The translations under genes were made by a program, and so were the position numbers. From Bacteroidota bacterium (GTDB lineage: Bacteria > Bacteroidota > Ignavibacteria > UBA10030), in assembly GCA_035541775.1 (NCBI GenBank), contig DATKMP010000120.1, positions 1 through 39,196 on the forward strand: a stretch of 39,196 nt of DNA. Reading direction: 5' to 3'. The notes beneath the pieces were generated by a model. The model saw only the letters and a program-made list of their open reading frames with translations, was not told the DNA's origin and did not search any database. This document shows, one piece after another, positions 26,601-33,898 of the stretch. Each line of letters starts with the position of its first letter. Positions within the stretch are counted from its first letter, which is position 1.

Positions 26601-27407
26601 GGCGACAGTAACTATGTCGTTAAATACTGGACATCTACACCTTTAGGATTGGCTACCGTTGTCGATACGACCACTCCGGGTCATGATACAGTGCTGACGG
26701 TCAACGGAATGGAAAACCGTGCGAAATATTACTGGCAGATCCAGACCGTGAACCAAGGTGGAGCAAGTGCTTTCACGGCAGTGGATTCCTTTACCACCGT
26801 CATTGAATTGCCGGGTGTACCACTTACAATCTCTCCGAAGAGTGTTGTAGCATCATCAGGAAAGCCGACGTTTGTATGGAACAGCTCGGCAAACGCCGTT
26901 TGGTATCATCTGCAAGTTGCTACAACGAATTTCGCCAGCGCTTCTGATGTTGTATTAAATGATACACTCCGTGATACAACATTGACAGTAATAGATACGC
27001 TGCAACCAAGCTTTACCTATTACTGGCATGTGAGTGCTATTAATTTGGGCGGCGAAAGTGCATTCTCTACGTCTGCACACTTCACGACACCATTAACCAG
27101 CGTGCAAACAGGATCGGCTGTGCCGAAAGAATTTGCACTCAATCAAAACTATCCGAATCCATTCAACCCGTCGACGATGATCTCGTATGATCTGCCAAAG
27201 AGCTCGTATGTAAAGCTCCAGATCTATGATGTCCTTGGACGACTTGTTACGACTTTGGTTGATGGTGTACAACCGGTAGGCCGTCAGAATATTCAATGGA
27301 ATGCCGGCAGATTAAGCAGTGGTGTGTACATCTATCGTCTCCATGCTCGTAGCCAGGATGGAGCGAGCGACTTTACTTCCTCAAAGAAACTTTTGTTGAT
27401 GAAGTAA
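23658..27407 (+). CDS. 1249-aa secreted multidomain protein: FG-GAP/VCBS beta-propeller repeats with an inserted CBM-like beta-sandwich, an ASPIC/UnbV domain, four Fn3-like modules and a T9SS C-terminal domain
   Basis: GGAGG RBS and signal peptide. FG-GAP Ca-binding-like motifs DVNGDGFLDVF, DFNGDGVLDLF, DANNDGYPDLL, DLNNDGNMDLI, DYNNDGLQDIV, DYNNDGFLDVF. ASPIC/UnbV-like NHWIGFKPIGSGHNMSAIGARFTVYTG...VDSVNVRWPDG. C-terminal EFALNQNYPNPFNPST..GVYIYRL..KKLLLMK. Confidence 0.85.
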   Translation: MKRFTILIPALVLVLVLGMSLATGQVADPVFSGGPGLTIPSGAANGGFAWGDVNGDGFLDVFIPSNNIMLNSSGTTFTASTTMTANVTVSTNSVGCLLADFNGDGVLDLFTTNGGTPSSGLYYNTAGVFTAATGTGDLANAGVTGEVFQGAAVADINHSNYLSITWPGNFTNISASAGPYPSGGGIWLLKGNAGGTFTNLGNGAYADITANIVDVFSGSAIGTAITGIGWSASDANATVAADPVVSSNKVMKVKIGNYNAAPVLSFSIPAGRTLANYNKFIFKGYWAQGDVGYKSIVVEASQSSPTGQAFNNTGGKVQIGSVSRSKGASTAWEYDTVVIANSSSLSGTVYLDFGINCAGKGALGTVTTADSSTQWYADSVTLIGAPAPAQAIDTTLSHEAWQLSFLDANNDGYPDLLMPSFRNGLSLIDTGTAGGRKGCVLYMNDGTGKFIVPNATTLGRPIYSVGASGASTTVDTGIIVDDTVRHFGAIGEQWGDLNNDGNMDLILSCNSAVNNNSTGALVNIIILYGKGDGTFTYKWNGTSIVTANGIVQNGNQRSIGIGDYNNDGLQDIVTHETYSGPVHLYKNNGDGTFTDVATNLGLTPVSGTIRSVQFVDYNNDGFLDVFAWSGGAGGNLLQKSGGNTNHWIGFKPIGSGHNMSAIGARFTVYTGTTKQVRDIKAEAGEGAQGGELRALFGIGANTKVDSVNVRWPDGTSTMYNFGSASNTLAVNKYYTVQEGSIIPSTPATGRPSWASADTSLPSVNTMTWHKVASGAQPLTYQIQIGTNKAMSTILQSFTGLTDTTKSVKLPLATKLYWRVSSWNNDFQSAWSVVDSFRTNMTPVAPTAIPPILSPAVNSTTVPKIPVITLGSISTAYTYHIQIDTLNTFAHRDSVKSYSGLILNDSTSFLDTVETIKSVTFTNSKKYFYRVRGWNAAGASNFSAVDSFTIMFIPAPPSMIYPAHNQANVPVNPLTFKWHTVAGDSNYVVKYWTSTPLGLATVVDTTTPGHDTVLTVNGMENRAKYYWQIQTVNQGGASAFTAVDSFTTVIELPGVPLTISPKSVVASSGKPTFVWNSSANAVWYHLQVATTNFASASDVVLNDTLRDTTLTVIDTLQPSFTYYWHVSAINLGGESAFSTSAHFTTPLTSVQTGSAVPKEFALNQNYPNPFNPSTMISYDLPKSSYVKLQIYDVLGRLVTTLVDGVQPVGRQNIQWNAGRLSSGVYIYRLHARSQDGASDFTSSKKLLLMK
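24285..24815 (+). other. About 177-aa CBM-like/beta-sandwich insertion between FG-GAP repeats of the 1249-aa protein
   Basis: This segment lacks DxNxDG motifs and interrupts the repeat series. It reads like a carbohydrate-binding-type sandwich (GWSASDANATVAADPVVSSNKVMKVKIGNYNAAPVLSF..LANYNKFIFKGYWAQ...QWYADSVTLIG). The fold assignment is inference. Confidence 0.4.
25881..27089 (+). repeat. Four tandem Fn3-like protein modules (25881-26171, 26172-26504, 26505-26798, 26799-27089) inside the 1249-aa CDS
   Basis: Each 97-111-aa unit carries a W..V....Y.(I/V)Q core, then Y(Y/F)WRV/YRVRGWN/YWQIQTVN/YWHVSAIN + ..G.S.(F/W)S, and ends (A/V)VDSF(R/T)(T/I) or SAHFTT. This is the Fn3 F-G strand pattern. 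The units are diverged at the DNA level. Confidence 0.7.
27129..27404 (+). other. T9SS C-terminal sorting domain of the 1249-aa protein
   Basis: EFALNQNYPNPFNPSTMISYDLP...IYDVLGRLV....NAGRLSSGVYIYRLHARS..DFTSSKKLLLMK. It parallels 23116-23370. Confidence 0.85.
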
Positions 27408-27495
27408 TATCTGTCTATGTGTGTGTATGGCTTCTTGGAAAAAGGAGCCATACACTATCGTTAGATAGTTGTACAGTACGTTGTTCATATTACAA

Positions 27496-27529
27496 TCCCG
27501 GTTTGTGTAACAGGCCGGGATTTTTTTTT
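27496..27529 (+). terminator. Rho-independent terminator after the 1249-aa gene
   Basis: TCCCGGTTTGT-gta-ACAGGCCGGGA is an 11-bp stem with two G-U pairs, followed by T9 (27521-27529). A second hairpin lies upstream at 27423-27455 (GTGTATGGCT/AGCCATACAC). Confidence 0.85.
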
Positions 27530-27574
27530 GATTCTCTCTTGAATATTAAAATTCTTCGCAATCATGGATTTCAA

Positions 27575-29515
27575 ATGAAAAGACAATCGATCAAATTTAT
27601 TTTCGTTTTTATTTTTTTCTTTTCGTTTTTAGCATTTGGCCAAGTACGACTGCCGCGCCTCATTGCCGATGGCATGGTATTACAGCGAGAAACGAACGTA
27701 AAAGTATGGGGGTGGGCATCGCCCAACGAAGCAATAACACTTCATTTTGTAGATTCTCTGTATACGACAACGGCATCTGCGACTGGCGAATGGAATATTT
27801 TGCTGGATAAATTAAAAGCCGGCGGACCGTACTCCATGGAAATCCATGCCAGCAATGTTGTGACGATTCAAAATATTCTCATCGGCGATGTGTGGGTGTG
27901 TGCAGGGCAATCGAATATGGAATTGCCGATGCAACGCGTCAGTCCGCTGTATGAACAAGAAATTGCACACTCTGAAAACAACTATATCCGATTATTTACC
28001 GTTCCGCAGAAATATAATTTCATCCAATCGCAAAAAGATTTTGATTCCGGCAGGTGGATGGCTGCCAATCCTCAAACCATCCTGAATTTTTCTGCGGCGG
28101 CATATTTTTTTGGGAAAGCATTGTACGAAAAGTACCATGTTCCCATCGGTTTAATCAATACAAGCTTGGGCGGCTCGCCGGCAGAAGCTTGGATGAGCGA
28201 CAGCGCCTTAAAAGAGTTTCCCCATTACGCGCAAGAAGCATTACGATTCAAAGATAGCACCCTGATCCATCAAATTGATGAACAGGATAGTAAAAGAATG
28301 AATGCGTGGTACTCGCTTCTCTTTCAAAAAGATCTTGGTTCAAAACCATCAAAACAAAAATGGTCTCATCCTGCGATTAAATTATCGATGTGGGATACGA
28401 TGTCGATTCCCGGTTATTGGGCAGACACAAAACTCGGGCCCGTGAACGGCGTTGTCTGGTTCCGAAAAGATTTTTCCGCTTCTGCATCGATGGCAGGAAA
28501 AGAAGCGAAGCTGAATCTCGGAAGAATTGTCGATGCAGATTCGGTGTTTGTCAATGGAAAATTTGTCGGTACGACAAGTTATCAATATCCACCGCGATGG
28601 TACACCATTCCTGCGGGAATTTTGCAACAAGGGAAGAATACCATTGTCGTACGGGTGATCAGTACCAGCGGAAGCGGTGGATTTGTTTTGGATAAGCCCT
28701 ATCACATTATTGCCGACCACGATACGATAGATTTAACAGGCACTTGGAACGTTCGCCTTGGCGCAGCTATGGAACCCTTAGCAAGCCAGACGTTCATACG
28801 CTGGAAACCAGAAGGGCTTTTCAATGCCATGCTGGCGCCATTGTTTAACTTTCGCATTGCTGGCATTATTTGGTATCAAGGCGAGTCCAACGCAACACGC
28901 GCTGTTGAGTACAGAAAACTTTTTCCTGCCATGATTCGTGATTGGCGCAATCACTGGCAGCAGGGAAATGTTCCGTTCTTGTTTGTACAACTTCCGAATT
29001 TTATGGAGCCCAACGAACAGCCGTCGGAAGGAGATTGGGTGTTGCTGCGGGAAGCACAACTGCAAACATTATCGCTGCCTCAAACCGGAATGGCTGTCAC
29101 GATCGATATCGGTGAATGGAATGATATTCATCCGTTAGATAAAAAAGATGTCGGCCAGCGGCTTGCCCGGGCAGCGCAGAACATTGCCTATCACGATAGT
29201 ACTGTTCTTGCCTCCGGACCTCTCTACAAATCCATGCGCAGAGCAGACAATAAAATTATCGTCACCTTCACAAACTGCGGACAGTATCTCATGGCGTATG
29301 GCGATACGGCGCTACATTATTTTTCAATTGCTGGCGCCGATAAAAAATTTGTTTGGGCAAAAGCAAAAATTGAAAACAACACCGTTATTGTATGGAACGA
29401 TGCCATTGCTCATCCGGTTGCAGTTCGTTACGCATGGGCGGATAATCCGCTAGGCGCGAATTTGTACAATAGCGAGGGATTGCCTGCTTCACCATTCAGA
29501 ACGGATGCAGAATAA
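27575..29515 (+). CDS. SASA/DUF303-family carbohydrate O-acetylesterase (sialate-O-acetylesterase-like; probable acetylxylan esterase in this context), with signal peptide
   Basis: Catalytic block GDVWVCAGQSNMELPM, plus GGSPAEAWM and IIWYQGESN motifs. Signal peptide FIFVFIFFFSFLAFGQ. I trimmed the start from the track's 27419 (which overlaps the terminator) to the ATG at 27575. Confidence 0.85.
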   Translation: MKRQSIKFIFVFIFFFSFLAFGQVRLPRLIADGMVLQRETNVKVWGWASPNEAITLHFVDSLYTTTASATGEWNILLDKLKAGGPYSMEIHASNVVTIQNILIGDVWVCAGQSNMELPMQRVSPLYEQEIAHSENNYIRLFTVPQKYNFIQSQKDFDSGRWMAANPQTILNFSAAAYFFGKALYEKYHVPIGLINTSLGGSPAEAWMSDSALKEFPHYAQEALRFKDSTLIHQIDEQDSKRMNAWYSLLFQKDLGSKPSKQKWSHPAIKLSMWDTMSIPGYWADTKLGPVNGVVWFRKDFSASASMAGKEAKLNLGRIVDADSVFVNGKFVGTTSYQYPPRWYTIPAGILQQGKNTIVVRVISTSGSGGFVLDKPYHIIADHDTIDLTGTWNVRLGAAMEPLASQTFIRWKPEGLFNAMLAPLFNFRIAGIIWYQGESNATRAVEYRKLFPAMIRDWRNHWQQGNVPFLFVQLPNFMEPNEQPSEGDWVLLREAQLQTLSLPQTGMAVTIDIGEWNDIHPLDKKDVGQRLARAAQNIAYHDSTVLASGPLYKSMRRADNKIIVTFTNCGQYLMAYGDTALHYFSIAGADKKFVWAKAKIENNTVIVWNDAIAHPVAVRYAWADNPLGANLYNSEGLPASPFRTDAE

Positions 29516-29561
29516 AAATTGACGGGCTTGTGCCGCTGTTTGAAAACATTGTACGATCGTC

Positions 29562-29624
29562 TTGAATGATGAAATGATATTTCATGCAATCATTCAATGA
29601 TCCAAGATGGTAATGAACAGTTCA
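29562..29624 (+). promoter_or_regulatory. Cluster of nested palindromes and AATGAT/ATCATT hexamers upstream of the LacI-family gene
   Basis: TTGAATGAT (29562-29570) pairs with ATCATTCAA (29589-29597). Inner palindrome ATGAAAT-gat-ATTTCAT (29569-29585). ATCATTcAATGAT (29589-29601). TGAACaGTTCA (29614-29624). No U-tract follows. Confidence 0.4.
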
Positions 29625-29781
29625 ACAGGATGTATAGCGTTTCAATATTAGTAATTGTCGATAAAATATCATACATTCTTTACCAACAGTTTCAAAACAT
29701 TTTAACGACAAAAGGAAAACGACCGACGGGGATCTTACGATGTAAAAATAGGGAGGATGGCTTTCAGAAAGGGATCGGCAA

Positions 29782-30819
29782 GTGAAGAAAATAACTATTG
29801 AAGACGTTGCAAAGAGATCGGGTGTGTCAAAGGGCACGGTTTCTGCGGTGATCAATGCAAAAAACACGGTGAAACCCGCAACGCGCAATCACATTCTTGA
29901 AGTAATGAAAGAATTGAATTTCCGCCCAAAAGGTGTTGCACGAAATTTAAAAAACGGCAATCAAGATAAAACCATTGGTATCATCATCAAAGATTTGACG
30001 TATCCTTTTTATACCGCTATTGTTTCCGGAGCAAGGGATTATGCGACGAACAAAGGATATTCCGTCATTGTTTCGAGCTCAGACGATAACCATGAACGTG
30101 AAAAATATTTTTCTCACCTCTTTTCGACAAAAGATATCAAAGGAGTGATCATCGCGCCGGTCGTTGAAGGCGCGGCAGAGATTGAACATCTCTTTCGATT
30201 GAAAATGATCAACTATCCATTTGTGCTGTTAGAAGATGTAAAAGGTATTCAAGCGAATGTTGTGACGATTGATAATATCAAAGCAATCAAACGTGCGGTC
30301 AAATATTTAATTAGTACGGGACACACGAAGATTGTTCATTTTGCCGGCCCTTCGAGCTCCTCGCACACGCAAGAACGCATTGAAGGATTTCGATATGCAT
30401 TTAGCGAAAGTCCGCTAGTATTTCATAACGACATGATTGTCTCGATCGGTTCACATTTTGACGAAAGCTATGTAAAGACGATCGAGTATTTCAAAGAGAA
30501 ACAGCGAAGCGATTACCCGACAGCCATTGTGTGCTTTAACGATCTTCAAGCGCTGGCGGTGATGATGGCGCTGAAAGAATTACAAATTTGTGTTCCTGAA
30601 GATATTTCCGTCGTTGGGAATGATGATATCTTCTATGCGAAGATTTATCCAATCCCGCTAACGACCATCAATGCACCACAACATGAAATCGGCAGACGAG
30701 CAGCAGAAATATTAATTACGAATATTGAATCTCCTTCCTTATTACCCAACGAACATGTAATTCTGGAAACGGAGTTTGTCGTTCGTGAATCATCCCGGGT
30801 TCTGATTGGAAAAAAATAA
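29782..30819 (+). CDS. LacI-family transcriptional regulator
   Basis: N-terminal HTH ITIEDVAKRSGVSKGTVSAVINAKNTVKPATRNHILEVMKELNFRPKGVARNLK followed by a periplasmic-binding-protein-like sugar-binding domain. GTG start. Confidence 0.92.
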   Translation: MKKITIEDVAKRSGVSKGTVSAVINAKNTVKPATRNHILEVMKELNFRPKGVARNLKNGNQDKTIGIIIKDLTYPFYTAIVSGARDYATNKGYSVIVSSSDDNHEREKYFSHLFSTKDIKGVIIAPVVEGAAEIEHLFRLKMINYPFVLLEDVKGIQANVVTIDNIKAIKRAVKYLISTGHTKIVHFAGPSSSSHTQERIEGFRYAFSESPLVFHNDMIVSIGSHFDESYVKTIEYFKEKQRSDYPTAIVCFNDLQALAVMMALKELQICVPEDISVVGNDDIFYAKIYPIPLTTINAPQHEIGRRAAEILITNIESPSLLPNEHVILETEFVVRESSRVLIGKK

Positions 30820-31056
30820 GTTGCACAAATAAACTTCCACGGTTTTCGTTGTGGGTGGAAAAACAGACCTGTTTTGATTCATGATCATTGAATCGTCAAG
30901 CCACGAACGAATGCTGCCACGCGGGAGTTTTTCCTTTCTCATTTTTCATAATTGCACAACGGCAATCAAAAAATAATTCTGTTTTTCCAGAAAGTTTTTA
31001 CATACTTTATAAGTGGAAAAAATTTATTCTTGATGTCCATTGTTTGATGAGGTACC

Positions 31057-31911
31057 ATGTTTCCAATCATCCAAAAAGAAGTCCTTGCTGAAACGATTTC
31101 TCGTTTTGTCATTCACGCGCCGTTTATTGCCCCCAAGCGCAAACCGGGCATGTTTGTGATGCTTCGTATCAATGAACATGGCGAGCGCATTCCTATTACA
31201 CTCGTAGATAGTGATCCGAAAGCGGGAACCATTACGCTCATTGTGCAGGGGATCGGAAGAACAACGAAAGAGTTGCTTACCATGAATGCTGGAGAATCGT
31301 TATCGGATGTCGTTGGTCCGTTGGGTAATCCGACACCGATCGTGAAAGAAAAAACTGTTGCCTGTGTTGGCGGTGGTGTTGGCACAGCCGAGTTGCTGCC
31401 CATTACGCGCGCGTTGAGAGAAGCCGGCAACATTGTTCACTCAATCGTTGGCGCACGCAATAAAGAACTGGTCATTCTTGAAAAAGAAATGGGCGCGTGT
31501 TCGGATTTTCTGTACATCACGACTGACGATGGTTCATATTCAAAAAAAGGATTTGTCACCGATCAATTAAAAGAATTGCTTGACGTTGAAAAAGGCATCG
31601 AAGTTGTGTATGCGATTGGCCCTCTGCCGATGATGAAAGCCGTCTCGAACTTAACTCGCCCGTATGGTGTTAAGACATATGTAAGTTTGAATGCTATTAT
31701 GGTCGATGGAACTGGAATGTGCGGCGGCTGCCGCGTCTCGGTCGGTGGAAAAATGAAATTTGCATGCGTCGATGGCCCGGAATTTGACGGACATGAGGTG
31801 GACTTTGATGAAATGCTTATGCGCAACCGTTCCTACCTTGAAAGCGAACGAACTTCCTTGCAGCAATATGAAGAACGAGGTCATATTTGTCGTTTGGAGG
31901 CAACGCTATGA
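31057..31911 (+). CDS. nfnA: Ferredoxin-NADP+ reductase-like FAD/[2Fe-2S] subunit (NfnA/SudB; sulfide/dihydroorotate dehydrogenase-like electron-transfer subunit)
   Basis: MFPIIQKEVLAE.. N-terminus. FAD/NAD-binding fold (ERIPITLVD, VACVGGGVGTAELLP). C-terminal Cys cluster GTGMCGGCRVSVGGKMKFACVDGPEF. Paired with a GltD-like gene through an ATGA overlap. Confidence 0.8.
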   Translation: MFPIIQKEVLAETISRFVIHAPFIAPKRKPGMFVMLRINEHGERIPITLVDSDPKAGTITLIVQGIGRTTKELLTMNAGESLSDVVGPLGNPTPIVKEKTVACVGGGVGTAELLPITRALREAGNIVHSIVGARNKELVILEKEMGACSDFLYITTDDGSYSKKGFVTDQLKELLDVEKGIEVVYAIGPLPMMKAVSNLTRPYGVKTYVSLNAIMVDGTGMCGGCRVSVGGKMKFACVDGPEFDGHEVDFDEMLMRNRSYLESERTSLQQYEERGHICRLEATL

Positions 31912-33338
31912 GTGCGAATCAGCTAAAGCCGTCGGAACGAATGAAGATTCAGCGCCAGCATTCCATCGAACAAAATGCGGAAGAGCGCAGCCATAATTTT
32001 AAAGAAGTTTCTTTGGGATTGGATGAAGTGCTCGCGCTGATGGAGGCGTCGCGATGCCTCGAATGCAAAGATCCGATTTGCATACAAGGATGTCCGGTGA
32101 ATGTCGATATAAAGTCGTTCATACAGCTTGTGAATGAAAAAAAATATGTCGATGCAGTAAAAAAAATACGCGAGTCGAATTTTCTTCCAGCAATCTGCGG
32201 CCGTGTTTGCCCGCAGGAAGAACAATGCGAAAACGTTTGCACGCTGGGAAGAAAACATGATCCGGTGGCAATTGGAAAATTAGAGCGATTCGTTGCCGAT
32301 TATGAGTTGAAGTCCGGGCAATTTGAAGTCCCCACTCTTGAAACGAAGCGGAAAGAAAAAGTTGCCGTCGTTGGTTCCGGTCCTTCCGGTTTAACATGTT
32401 CTGCTGAATTAGCAAAATATGGATATGATGTCACGCTCTTCGAAGCGCTGCATGAAGTCGGAGGCGTACTGCGGTACGGCATTCCGGAATTTCGATTGCC
32501 GCGTGAAATCCTCAACGTGGAAATCGATCGCATTAAAGCATTGGGCGTGAAAATTTATAAGAACTTTGTGATCGGAAGAACGGCAACGGTCGATGAGTTG
32601 TTTAACGAATGGAAATTTAGCGCTGTGTTTTTAGGAACGGGCGCCGGCACGCCGCACTTTATGGGAATTCCCGGCGAGAGTTTGAATGGTGTCTATTCTT
32701 CCAATGAATTTCTTACGCGTGTTAATTTGATGAAGGCATACAAATTCCCCGAATATGATACGCCGATCCGTCTCGGCAACCACGTGGCGGTTATCGGCGG
32801 CGGCAACACGGCCATGGATGCCGTTCGTACATCGAAACGACTCGGGGCAGAAAAAGCATATTTGGTGTATCGTCGTTCGCGGAATGAGATGCCCGCACGT
32901 CTGGAAGAAATTCATCATGCGGAAGAAGAAGGAATTGAATTCTTGATGCTCACCAATCCCACAAAAATTCTTTCCGATGGAAAAAACAATGTTCTCGGCA
33001 TGGAGTGCCAGAAGATGGAACTCGGCGAACCTGATGCATCCGGCAGAAGGAAACCGGTTCCGATTCCCGGATCGGAATTTGTTTTGAATGTTGAAACCGT
33101 TATCGAAGCGGTCGGCCAGGCGCCGAATCCCATTATTCAAGCGACCACGCCGGGACTTGAAACGACCAAACGCAGTACGGTCGTTGTGAACGATACGCAG
33201 CAAACGAATCGTAGAGGAATTTTTGCCGGCGGCGATTTGACACGCGGTGGTGCCACCGTTATTCTTGCGATGCGCGATGGAAAAACTGCCGCGGCGGCAA
33301 TTCATCAATTTTTACAAAACCCCACAAACGAATCTTAA
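31908..33338 (+). CDS. nfnB: GltD-like NADPH-dependent oxidoreductase subunit (NfnB/SudA; glutamate synthase small-chain family)
   Basis: Two Fe-S Cys clusters (CLECKDPICIQGCPV; ICGRVCPQEEQCENVCTLG). Dinucleotide folds VAVVGSGPSGLTCSAELAKYG and VAVIGGGNTAMDAV. GIFAGGD motif. The start was set to ATG 31908, which overlaps the nfnA stop (ATGA). Confidence 0.85.
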   Translation: MSANQLKPSERMKIQRQHSIEQNAEERSHNFKEVSLGLDEVLALMEASRCLECKDPICIQGCPVNVDIKSFIQLVNEKKYVDAVKKIRESNFLPAICGRVCPQEEQCENVCTLGRKHDPVAIGKLERFVADYELKSGQFEVPTLETKRKEKVAVVGSGPSGLTCSAELAKYGYDVTLFEALHEVGGVLRYGIPEFRLPREILNVEIDRIKALGVKIYKNFVIGRTATVDELFNEWKFSAVFLGTGAGTPHFMGIPGESLNGVYSSNEFLTRVNLMKAYKFPEYDTPIRLGNHVAVIGGGNTAMDAVRTSKRLGAEKAYLVYRRSRNEMPARLEEIHHAEEEGIEFLMLTNPTKILSDGKNNVLGMECQKMELGEPDASGRRKPVPIPGSEFVLNVETVIEAVGQAPNPIIQATTPGLETTKRSTVVVNDTQQTNRRGIFAGGDLTRGGATVILAMRDGKTAAAAIHQFLQNPTNES

Positions 33339-33348
33339 AAGCGTTAGT

Positions 33349-33651
33349 ATGATTAAACACATCGTTGTCTGGAAATTAAAAAATTTTGCAGAAGGCGGCA
33401 GCAAACAAAAGAACGCGTTAAAAGTAAAAGAGTTGCTTGAATCGATGCACGGAAAAATTCCAGGCCTACATCATATCGAAGTCGGCATCAACTTTACCAA
33501 CGAAGAAAATGCGGGCGATATAGTTCTCTATTCCGAATTAGATTCGCGGGAAGCACTTGATGCTTATCAAAATCATCCTGCACACGTCGCTGTAAAAGAT
33601 TTTATAAAAAATGTCCGCTCTGAACGTCAGGTTATTGATTATGAAGTGTGA
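33349..33651 (+). CDS. Dabb (stress-responsive dimeric alpha/beta-barrel) domain protein, 100 aa
   Basis: MIKHIVVWKLKNF...GLHHIEVGINF......DIVLYSELDSREALDAYQNHPAHVAVKDFI is the typical Dabb pattern. The start was trimmed from 33247, which overlaps nfnB. Confidence 0.8.
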   Translation: MIKHIVVWKLKNFAEGGSKQKNALKVKELLESMHGKIPGLHHIEVGINFTNEENAGDIVLYSELDSREALDAYQNHPAHVAVKDFIKNVRSERQVIDYEV

Positions 33652-33864
33652 AGAATATCTCCATTCATAAATAGAGTCCCCCTAATTCTCTCTTCACCGA
33701 ATTCCATTCACCACTCGCCGAATTTTCTGCAACTTTCTATCAATCGGATAGTATTTTAAGACAGTTCTTTTGAACACCAAACATTTATTTTTGTTCATTA
33801 GAATTTCTTAATGCTTAAAGGATTGAAGAATGCCGCAACTTTTATTATACTGTATCGTAAAGAA

Positions 33865-33877
33865 TGACTACGAGTCA
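33865..33877 (+). promoter_or_regulatory. Candidate TetR operator palindrome TGACT-acg-AGTCA just upstream of the TetR gene
   Basis: Perfect 5-bp arms with a 3-nt spacer, 21 nt upstream of the TetR ATG. It is short, so chance cannot be excluded. Confidence 0.3.
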
Positions 33878-33898
33878 GTAAATAAAGGATAGTCTAAT

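Noticed and set aside
27419-27574. N-terminal extensions proposed by the ORF track: esterase from 27419, Dabb from 33247, TolC-like from 34453, MFP from 35915, NfnB from 31887, and GH97 from TTG 5337.
   Set aside because: The extensions overlap terminators or upstream genes and encode non-protein-like sequence. In-frame ATGs immediately precede proper signal peptides or conserved N-termini, so the downstream starts were used.
30888-31091. 67-aa and 62-aa + strand ORFs in the spacers flanking the LacI-family gene (30888-31091 and 29597-29785).
   Set aside because: They have no RBS, Cys/His/Phe-rich non-protein-like sequence, and overlap the downstream gene starts.
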